From Fimbriosthenelais zetlandica (Eukaryota), in assembly GCA_977030845.1 (NCBI GenBank), contig OZ365115.1, positions 11,222,001 to 11,286,000 of the forward strand: DNA of 64,000 bases, in the 5' to 3' direction. Position 1 is the first letter of the stretch. Every line of letters begins with the position of its first letter. The position numbers and the translations under genes are program-made. The notes below the pieces were generated by a model, which was not told the DNA's origin, ran no database searches, and was given only the letters and a program-made list of their open reading frames with translations. This document shows, in pieces, positions 53,934 through 64,000 of this stretch.

Positions 53934-54130
53934 GCTGCGGGCTAGCTCTGAGATTTGCTGCGGGACAGGTCTGAGATTGGCGGAGGACAGCTCCTGGACA
54001 TGGTTTAAGACGCTGCTGTAGATGATGAGGGAGGTGGAGTGGTCAGTGGGCTTTACTTGACCATAATATATGTGGGTGATTGGCATCTGGCAGGCGGCAG
54101 CAATCCGCGGCTAATGGATCCATCCGCGGG
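53934..54130. promoter_or_regulatory. CpG-rich island with a 23-bp duplication and nested palindromes
   Basis: GCTGCGGG..N..TCTGAGATT x2 (53934, 53957); CCGCGG-ctaATGGATCCAT-CCGCGG 54105-54129. Confidence 0.3.
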
Positions 54131-55695
54131 GTTCGCAAGGCAATGGACCTCCGTCGACCTTGGCTCATCATGGCTCATAAATCAGGGTCAACGGATGGTT
54201 TCTCATTCCACACTCCCACCAGATAGCCAGGCCAGCTCCTGATATCCCCCCTCTACTCTCCCCCTCACCTCCTCCACTATAGCGACGATAGAGCAGTCCA
54301 ACTTCTCACTTGACACTGACTCCATGTTTTAAATGGGAAAAAATCCAAGTATTTCGTTATCACTGAAGGTTACGTTATAAATATGAAAAGATTCAAATAT
54401 TTCATTTCAAAACTGGTCCAATCAGAACGGATAATATTCTGTAAGTGGTCTGGATTTCACTTAATTTTCCAAGTTCCACTCTGACATTTAAGTTCAGTTG
54501 AAACTTTGCAAACCATCTATACATTCAGTCAGATTAAGATATAAACCACTATTGTTTGAATATGCAGTCTGAGGTAGACCTGGCAATGCGAGGTTAAGCA
54601 TGCTGATTTGTCATTAATCAGATTAGCTCCTTATTAGGCATGCCCTCTGACATACTGACCCAGTTATGAACCCAAAATTAATACCATAGGGATGGTTCAT
54701 AATCAATGCATATCATAGTTAATTCATGTCATAATTACCTTCCCATCCTCTCACACCCCTGGCATTAATCACTCACCTTTGGGGGCATTATCCAATGCAT
54801 GTATGGGTGTTAACCAAGTCAATGCACGTACAGGCAGTAGAACTAGAAGCCCCACTAAGTCAAAATTTGAATCGATAACAAAAGCGAAAATATTATGTTA
54901 TGGATCTAGTCAAGTCCGTCTGATTGCCTCTAGATCGATTCCATGAGTGATACAACACAGAATAGTTACTATGTTTCGAGTTGCCTGTCAGTACATTGCT
55001 TTATATCGGTTGGTCGCCTCAGTGGAAACTGAGCTTAATAGAACCCATCTATCCCCTGAGCCAGGCCCCAGGTGAGGCTCATGATCGAGCTTCCGTTCAA
55101 GGCTCTCAGACGTTCTCACACACTAAGCCAGCTGACCGTTTAGATTGCATTTGATTCAAGCAGCTTGCACATTAAATCGTCAGGGGATTGGGCCCATTTT
55201 TAGAACATTCTAAAGTGTCTCTTTGACAGGTTAGTGTGGGTTCGCTACCGTTAGTTCCTCAGACCTTGTTATTAGCTGAATGCCTTCACAAGGCACCCAT
55301 GCATACTTCTACATGGTGTTCATATGGTACCAATCTAAGCTCACAGTTCAAAATAAAGAATTAAAATTCGTATAGAAATGAATTGTCTGATTTTTAAAAT
55401 CCTTTAGATTTATATATAAGTTGTTATCCAACATGCATCCTGGAAACTTCTCCATTTTCTTTTAGAGTCAAATGAACCCAATGTGTGATATTATTGGTTG
55501 CTAAATTTTGAACATGCGATAGAACAAGAACAGACCAGTCAGTGAGAGATATCTGGGTCAAAGGCCAAACTGGCAGCCCAGATGACCTCATATGGTCAAT
55601 CCCATCCGGGTCATGACCTGAGCAATGAAACAATAATGTCAATAAAAGGGTCATTATTTAGAGAAGGGACCTCTGAGAGTGATACTACCAACAGA

Positions 55696-55716
55696 TAGTG
55701 CCCTCAGGGGGCACTA
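55696..55716. promoter_or_regulatory. CTCF-like motif embedded in an 8-bp inverted repeat
   Basis: TAGTGCCC-tcagg-GGGCACTA; CCCTCAGGGGGCAC is 12/14 to consensus. Confidence 0.35.
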
Positions 55717-55931
55717 CATTCTGCCATGCCTGCCCTGGCTAGCCTAACAGATTGCATGGGTGATTTCAGTAGCAAAATCTGTGGACATTTTATTATACAA
55801 ATAGGCTACTTTATTATAAACTTGTGCAGCAAATATTAAAAGTATATATAGCCTTAAATATATAGAACTTAAATATGTAGACATCTCCATATATTATATG
55901 ATATAGTCAATAGGAAGTATTTTATCTCAAA

Positions 55932-55995
55932 ACATACCATGAAGATTTTCTCCAAGAATGATTACTCACCTGAAATATTTCAAGAATTAACTCAA
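55932..55995 (-). other. Candidate recursive splice site with a 32-nt RS-exon
   Basis: Minus strand ttcttgaaatatttcag|GTGAGT...CATG|gtatgt (junction 55970/55969; second donor at 55938/55937). Confidence 0.3.
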
Positions 55996-56543
55996 TTAAT
56001 GTATTAAGTTAATCATTTTTGACAGTTTTATAACTGACTGGTCAATTATAACATTGTGTAACATCCCAAAACAATCGATTATAAAATTGCAACAACAAAA
56101 AACCACCACCTTGTGGGATATCATGATAATTCTATCCACCCAACAAGGAAGTAGAATATAAAATATAAGTGCAATATTTGCCGTGCTTTCCTCGGGGACT
56201 AGACCTCTATCTATGTGGGCTAGTGATTGGCCGAGTTAGCGTGTATATTACATTAAGGCCTGGCAGGGAGCAGTGTTGGTATTCGGAACATTATTACCCT
56301 TCTCCTGCTCCGGTACCTATGGGACTTGCTCACAATCTGCTCCATCTATGGCTAATGGGAAAGGGTCTCCCTCATCATATCTGGGACAGTGAGCTGAGTT
56401 GCTCTTGGCAGGGGCGACTATTATTCATTCATCAGGGATGATGTGGGGAGCGGGTCTCATGGTGGTGGGCTGAATATGGTCGACTGAGGAATGTACTACT
56501 ACAGGTTCTCTTCACAATCTTCTCTCCATCCTGTCTCCCTCAC

Positions 56544-56545
56544 TC

Positions 56546-56576
<31 letters not shown>

Positions 56577-56595
56577 CTCTCTCTCTCTCTCTCTC
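56544..56595 (+). repeat. (TTTC)n-(TC)n compound microsatellite
   Basis: Read directly from the sequence. Confidence 0.9.
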
Positions 56596-58734
56596 GCTTT
56601 CCCGTGGTCTATCTTTTTTTCCCTTTCTCTCCGTCTTTCTCTCTCGCTCTTTCCTGTGCTTTTTTCGTCACCCTCTCTCACTCTCCTCTGTTTCCCTCTC
56701 ACACACACCCTCTCTGCAACTTGATCATTTTATGGATGTATTGGTATGCAGTTCAGGCTTCATTCAGGCTCTTATACCACAAACAGTGGTCGGTTCAAAA
56801 CGCCCGCGAAAACAGAGCCACATGAGCTCTGTACCCGCTTTAACACAGAGTTATATAATTATCTGATAGGATGGAAGTCATCGGTTTCTGTCCAAGGCCC
56901 TTCTTATTCACCTTCGATGGGTTTTGAGGTGATTGTAACCAAAACTGGTCATTTACTGGGACCATAATGACCTCCCTGACTGGTGACAGAGATTATTACC
57001 CAAGTCAGGGTTCTATCCACTTAGTAAAACCCGCAAAAACAGAGCCACGGTTACATCTGAGATTTCCAGCATCTCTTCAGTAGGTTCTTATGAAAAGGCA
57101 TCATCAGGTGTCTTGCTTCTGCAGCAGACCTTAGCCTATGTATTTATACATGTATCCACAGCAAAACAACATAGCCTACCTAATTTAGATTTTTCTCTTT
57201 TAATTAAATATATTAAAAAAGAAACACTTCAATCAGTGACCTCAATTAGGTCTTTATTCATATTGATTGTAGCCCATATCTATCCTTCCCTTCATTATAA
57301 GCCTGTTGTATACCAACCTCCTTGTCCGCTTGCCCCCTTTTAGACCCCCACTAGCCTAGCCTAGTTGATCAACTGACCCACATACCTGCTGTAGGGACTC
57401 TTTCTCCCATGGGACCTTGCAATCAGCACACACCAGACGCCAGCGACCGACTTACGGCCCCTCAGTAACAAGGGATGTTGTAAAACCCAGTATAGCACAG
57501 GACCCACAAAAGGTGATCACATGCTAAACACTCTATTCTTCCCCTTGTTCTGAACCAATTTTACTTATCCCTTTACCTTATACCTTGCCCTATATTCACT
57601 GCTTTTGAAGAACCCAGAAATTGATTTATACATTTCTCATAGGGACTTATTGCACTATGGCTGAGCTCCGCCAAGTGGAAGGGTGTCTCTGGATCCTTGA
57701 TGATATTCAAAACAGGTCAGATCTTACTTTAGATCTGACCTAGATTCACATGTTCATTGTACTTTTTTATTCCAAATTAACTGGACCTATTTTCAACAGT
57801 CCCTTCCTGAAAAATCAAACATTTGATTTTCGGGCTTTAAGGAGTGAACCAGCGAGGATTTCAGCTTATTTAGGTCAAGTCTAGTCTTGCCTGACGTAAT
57901 CAGGAGACACTGTCAATAACAGGTTATGTTCAGCTTATAGAATCCATACAATATGAGCTGCTAAAACGCTATAGGCTTTGGGCCTATTATGGCCTCCTCC
58001 ATAAGCGATATCTATCCATGCTTTGTAGACAGCTAAGGTTATTGGAAACAACCAGGCAGCATGCCCAGTATCTATTGACTCCCTTTCTCCAGCCTCGCCT
58101 CCCTGGTTGGCCTGCTGTCAATTGGACTTTAAATTCTTCACTGTCAACATTAGTCTAAATACCCAACCGGTTAGTGTCACCCAGCTGTCACTGCTCCCGT
58201 GTGAGCCTATTCTGCCTGTCTATGGATTGCTGTCACACCACCAGTTGTAGGCTTGATGGATGGGGTGGTGTAAGGCAGTGGGGATGGTGGATGTCCATTC
58301 ACTAACCTCCGCTAGCTGAGCAGGCTACGATTACCCAGTTCGGTATCCACATGCTCCCCGGTTTGTTGCACCCGTTTCACCCCCCTAACGCCCGGTGGCA
58401 TGGGACCGCCTCCATGATACAGACCACATCAGGGGGGAAACCTGCCAGCCTGATGCTGCTAGGAGCATTGGCATATAACCATAAACAGCCAGTTCCAGTT
58501 GAAAATGGATGTATTTGGCAGGTAGTAATGCACCCAGTTCACATAGATACACTTAAATGTCATTGAAGGTTACTGAGGGTGTCTGGAAACCCTTTTCGGA
58601 TGGCACAAACATTACCAGGCTAGAATGATATTCAAAGGCAGTTCCTGTTCATCTACAGCAATTCAGGTGGTGCCTGTTTCATACTTCACATGAGCTGTTC
58701 CACTTTAGTCACTTTACCATTCATTCTTATGGAA

Positions 58735-58827
58735 TGAAACTCCAGTATCTACTCCATAACACCTGAATAATCTGTGCCACTTTACCGGATAGAGTTGGAT
58801 AGAGTTATGGAGTAACTGGATGTTTCA
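58735..58827. repeat. Imperfect inverted repeat/hairpin
   Basis: Paired blocks TGAAAC/GTTTCA, TCCAGT/ACTGGA and TACTCCATAAC/GTTATGGAGTA around a 43-nt loop. Confidence 0.6.
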
Positions 58828-59038
58828 CCAAAGTTCCAACGTTTTAATAAAAGAACACAAATTTAGATTAAAATGTATTCTATGCCAATACCATGCCCTC
58901 CTATAAACAAGCCAAAACAATCAACAGAAATGTGAGGTCCACCTCTCTCGATTTATCTATAATCCAATCTCCTCTGGTGATGAGCTGACGTCAAGTTATT
59001 TTTAGTTGATGACATGGCTGGACCGGACCTACTTTCAG

Positions 59039-59044
59039 CTGATG
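59039..59044 (+). other. Candidate 6-nt micro-exon
   Basis: cctactttcag|CTGATG|gtgagt. Confidence 0.15.
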
Positions 59045-59191
59045 GTGAGTGAGCCCCTGCCCCACATGGCCCAAGCCCAGTCACAGTTCCACCTATGTCA
59101 GCCGTAATGAAATGGCAGAGCCCCGTGAAATAGAGCAGGTTAAGAGCTGGTTAGGAGCAGGTTAACCCAGTGATCCCGGCTCATTGAGCTG

Positions 59192-59205
59192 CTCGCAGGG
59201 GGCAC
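59192..59205 (+). promoter_or_regulatory. CTCF-like motif
   Basis: CTCGCAGGGGGCAC, 12/14 to CCAGCAGGGGGCAC. Confidence 0.35.
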
Positions 59206-60839
59206 TTCATCGCCTGTCCTCCGCCACCGACCAATTCACCATCACCATCACCCTACAGTCCTTATCACCACCGGAGAAACTTCTATGGAGGTTTGTCTAT
59301 TTCAAGGTGTTCATACACTGCTTCGACTTTGCTTGCGACAATGTCTCCCCCCCCCCCCCAATTTCATAGGCCTGTCCCCCCACTTCCGGTGTCACGATGA
59401 AAATTGTACCAATGGAGAACAGTCTTAAAGTCTTGGGCACCACAGTTCATACATTAATTGCAATAGGAACATCAGCTTTGTTGTAATAGATTTTCAGTAT
59501 TATATACCAAGTTGGCTGTTGTACTGTTGCTTCCACATCAAGCACCTCTTCAGAGGTCAGGTCTTTCGATCCTTAAGCCTGGGTTTGATCGTTGAACCTG
59601 ACTTCCATGTGCTGGAGTAACTTTTATCAAATGGCAAGCTATGTCTACTGCAGACAGTCTGTAGTGAGAGGCATGAAAACAGCCACCCACGTCTCGCACT
59701 ATAATTGTGAGAGGCGTGAAAAAGACCCTAGGTGGCTTCGTGGCAACAGCAAACACCAAAGGCACCAAGAGAGCAAGCAACCGTTTGTGATACTCATTTC
59801 AACAAGTGATTCCATGAGTTTACTGAAGTCAGACATTATTTTTATAAATGTTAATATCAACAAATATATCAGTTAAGGGTCTATTATAGTGACAAGGCTG
59901 TGATATCCCCTGCCACTACTGAAGTTAAAATGTTCTAGGTTCGGATACATGAACGGTCTATGCCCAACAGCCACTTTTCCGCTAGTTTAGCTCCAGTACA
60001 CTCAAGCCATGGTGTTGGGCCCTAGTTTAAATTGAGGGGTTGACTAGAGTGTCAGTTTATGTTGGACCAATTAGTTGAGGCAGCTTAGTGGTGAAATAGG
60101 TGCAGAGAAGGGGTATTGACTGGATGGCTGGAGCTAGTGATGAACAGTGGTGGGGGGCTGAATGTGGGCTTATGTTTGATTCGGTTGTTCGTATTCAGTG
60201 CACTGGTCCTATAGTGTTTTATTCGGTGCATTGTACTGGCATGGATATCATATAGGGGTTCATGACAATTTTCCAGAAAAGTAGCCCAAAATCGCTATAA
60301 GTAATAATATCTACTTGTTTGATTGGGCTTAACCTCGCAGAAACAGTGGGAGTTTTATTGAAGCGAGTAGAAGGAAACACGGTGTCGGCTCATTGGTCAG
60401 GTCCCCTACGGTCCCATGCCTATCATTGCGGGGCATGGTTGGCGTTTGATATCCTAGTTACCAAGATTTGGGAGGACATACATCGACATGAGGAGTTGAA
60501 CCCGATAACTGCTACATTCAAGTCAAATATACTACAGCCTGAGCAGTGCTACCCCTCATACAAATCGCCCATGTAATCTTCATAATGGATGGTATTATTG
60601 TAGTGATAACCAAGGTACTTCACCAGTCAAAAAGGGCTTCAGAGAAGAGGTCTGTAGAATGATCTGCTGAATGTCTACTACATTTACTCATTTATAAAGC
60701 AAAGTACAGAATGAGCCTATCCTGTTACCATAGTTACTTTTCCTCATGACACTACACGTGATCAAAATGAGATCCCATCATACGAGCACATCCAGGGAAG
60801 CTCGTTCTCATAACACTTCCACATCACAAATGAAGTAGC

Positions 60840-61310
60840 TATGCGTGATTAATATGTTAAAAGCTCGCCAAATCTCGCAAATTACGAGATGTAAGGATTC
60901 AAATTATCACGAGAGCGAGATGGAATTGGGCCCCTATTATCGCCCTGATTGTGCATTCAACTACACCTAGTGCCCATTGAGTGAACTAATTAAAGATTTA
61001 AATCGGTGAAACCTTCGCTATCCATGCATGCGCTGTTGGATTGCTAAGGGGATCATTTATTCCCAATTCCGCGCTTTGAAAGTAGCGAGCATTTGAGAAG
61101 TAATTCGTTTGTGTCTGACTGATACGCACCTTGTTACGCAAGTGATGAAAAATACAATGTCGATGACATATAAGTTGATGGATAGCGCATCGCCTGGAAT
61201 TCCTCCCTTATGATCATTATAAGATAAAGTGACAAACGCTTTCATCGATAAATTGTTTCAATAAAACGCGTATCATGGATAAGAAAAAGATGGCGGGAGT
61301 GAGAGTGAGA
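60840..61310. promoter_or_regulatory. AT-rich but CpG-retaining non-coding block (CNE/enhancer-like)
   Basis: Many CG dinucleotides in an AT-rich context, with homeodomain-type TAATTA/ATCGAT/GATAA sites and no ORF. Confidence 0.3.
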
Positions 61311-63389
61311 TAATTTAGAGGAGAGAGCTGAGGACGGAGCATATTAAATCTCTGTACTTGTGACTTTCTTCTGGTAAATCAGGTAAAAGGCCCCGCTAAT
61401 GAGATCCAACAAGTTGGGGAATATTTTCAAGATGCAGTGTTTGATGATGCTGCACGATTAAAGGCAATTACTGCGGCACTCAGAAATGTAGCAACGAGAG
61501 GACTGCTCAGACTTGGTGGGAATGGGGACAGGAAGAGAGGATGGGGAGTCAGAATGGGATGGGTGGAGTGAGCCAGTGAGTGACTGAGCCAGGGGAGGGG
61601 GTGAGTGAGGGAGGGTGTGAGATTGAGTGAATGAGTGAGTGAATTAAAGTGTGGATGAACTGGTGAGGCAAACTGAGAGGACTTCAGTGAGAGCAGAGTA
61701 TTCTCGCAATCACACAATTCCTCCCAACTTTTCCATTTTCAAAGGCAGTATTTTAGCAATAATTTAAAAAGAATTTTCAACATTCTCGATGCATTAGAAT
61801 TTAGAACTTTCTTTGAATGGAATCTTGTGAACGGATTTGACTTGAAACAAATTCTTTGAAAGATTGGCTTTAGTCTGCAAAACAATTTGTCAACACCCTT
61901 GTGCGTAATAATCACCAGTTCCCTCATTTAGAAAGTTAAGTTCTTGTCTTAAAGTGTTTTAATTACCCTGGCTCATTCTTTAATTACAAACCTTTGTGTA
62001 CGTCTAAAGCAGAATAATGAATACGGAATATAATGCTGATTCATCCCGGGCGATAATAAGGGAAAATGCCGGCTTGATTAGAGTGTTTATGTATCTGAAA
62101 TCAATTTGATTAGTTCAAGGCTTGGAAGTGAAGGCATTTAAGACTTGGATATTGTTGGAGAGTGGTTTTCATTAAATGGGAAGAAAGCATTAGAGAGGCA
62201 GATGGCTGAATGGCAGTTCATCATTTTGTTTTGATCTAATATGTGTGTATTGTAATCAATGGATCTTGGTGCTTTTCTCAGAGGGGAGTTCTGTGATAAT
62301 CGACTCGGGAATTAACAAGTTGCCTTCTTTGAAATGATGAGAAAATAAGAGTAGTTACGAGAGTGAAAGGGGGAGAAAGGTTGGGGCAATTATGATTGGT
62401 ATGAATAGGCCAAAGACGGAGAATTGGAGGGATCATGGGAGTAGACCTATTGAAGAGGCGAGGGCAATTGCAAAAGGTCCCACTCAAGAGAAAGAATACT
62501 GAAAAAATTAATGATAAGAGGAGAGAAACATAATGTGTTGGCAATTCCGATCCAAACGGAACTGCAAAAATTACTTTTCATAATTCATCATCAGTTTTAA
62601 AATTTTTGAGTCCATATATTGAATTTCAACTCAAATTGATATAGTTAGGGATTGTTGGATAATACTATTGTTATACTTGCAGTGACGGCATATAATTATA
62701 AAAACTATAATTAAATATTATATAAAATTATATTGATGGGGTACACCGCGTATTAATTTCATAGGCACACCCCCATCCCATGCAGGCACATCCTCTCCAT
62801 AGACCTCTACCAGTACCGTGAAACCCCAACCAGCATCCCTTCCTAACTCATCAATTCCAAGGATAATTCTATTGCCTCCTTATTGTATTAGACTATCAGC
62901 CATAATTACACCTCCTCCGCGCTTCCCTTTCCACCAGTAATATCAATACTTCAAAACTTCTTTGCCACTTGGAATTAAGTATAATAACGCTGCAGCTAAA
63001 TTGCATCGTGCATTGCGATGCCTCCTTTGGTATGAAATTGCTTTACCAAAAAAACACAAACACGGTTTGAGATGATTATGCGAGGCCCCCTTGATATTGT
63101 TTCAAAAGAGGCACTGCTAATCAAAGGGGAAATAACGACAATGGACTGGCTCCCCCTTCATTACACAAAGACGCACAGACAGACTCCCATATCCTCCACT
63201 TGTGCAGTCGATAATTGAAGTTTTAATAAGAACCTGTCCTCTGCATGCAAGAAAACACTTATGTGCTTAAGAATTTGAGTTTTTAATTGAAGGAAATTCA
63301 TTTACGACATTGTCAATATGGGTCCCCCTTTGGCGGCCTCTTTCCGGCAGTGCCTGCGCCATTACAGCTCACGTGATTAGTTTCAATTT

Positions 63390-63550
63390 GGCAGGAGGAG
63401 AGGGGGGGGGGGGGGTGAGATGAGGGAGGGTGAAGGAAGAAGGGAGGAGAGGGACAGAGACAGAGCGATAGTGAGGGAGAGGTAGAGAGATAGGGGAGTA
63501 TGGGAACGGAGGGCGGGAGAGGAAGGGAGGGAGACAGCGAAAGAGAGGGC
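63390..63550 (+). repeat. G/A-rich tract with a 14-G run
   Basis: G run at 63402-63415 followed by GA-rich low complexity. Confidence 0.75.
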
Positions 63551-64000
63551 AGTTATACACTGCCTTTATTTGATTAAATCCTTAATTGTTGTAAATGGAA
63601 TTAAGAAAAGTGTCGTCTTTCATGTCGCACTTTTAAGGTGGCAGTGGGGTGCAGTTTTAACATAGGGACGTATAATAAAGAAAAAAAATAGGGGTGGTTC
63701 AAAAAGGGGAATTGAGAACGTGAGGATGAAAGGGGAAGGGAGGAGAGTGGACAGAAAGTGATTTAGCTGCTAAAAGTAATGGGAGAAATTGAATGGAAAT
63801 TGATAAGCAAGAGGAAAAAGAATAGCCATAAAGAATATAGAATAATATCAGAAGAAAATAATATTAAAGCTTGGATGATTATCATAATATTATGTATAAG
63901 CACTATGCATTCAAACATAGAAAAACAAAATTTATACATTGGGGGTTTGGAATTGCTGTAAAATAGTCATGCTGCCACTTCCCCCCATCCCCACCCACAA

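Noticed and set aside
56800-56830. Histone 3' stem-loop (CAGAGCCAC tail)
   Set aside because: The 5' arm GGCTCTTTT is absent and there is no histone ORF upstream
1-64000. ORFs in the supplied six-frame track as real genes
   Set aside because: All are short (176 aa or less), many start at non-ATG codons, most derive from purine/pyrimidine low-complexity tracts, and none resembles a family I recognise

Overview
This window looks like eukaryotic, AT-rich, essentially non-coding DNA, most like a bilaterian (probably invertebrate) animal genome. That placement is inferred from CTCF-like motifs, a tRNA-derived SINE relic, and CpG-poor background with CpG-rich islands. I cannot identify any gene: no ORF in the six-frame track resembles a protein family I recognise, and I found no rRNA, intact tRNA, CRISPR array, operon or intact transposon. 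The sequence does support four things: (i) several CpG- and TF-motif-rich promoter/enhancer-like islands; (ii) about a dozen CTCF-like motifs, several in divergent pairs; (iii) short candidate exons on both strands, and minus-strand AG|GT sites resembling recursive splice sites; (iv) MITE-like inverted repeats, a degenerate LINE RT fragment, a 27-bp conserved-core minisatellite, small duplications and long purine/pyrimidine tracts. The best overall interpretation (inference) is the interior of a very long intron, or a gene-desert regulatory landscape. I found no convincing novel multi-gene system. The most testable ideas are recursive splicing/micro-exons on the minus strand and the CTCF architecture. 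All motif calls were made by eye, and chance matches are expected in 64 kb. Provenance should be confirmed by BLASTn, because I cannot exclude a non-natural sequence.
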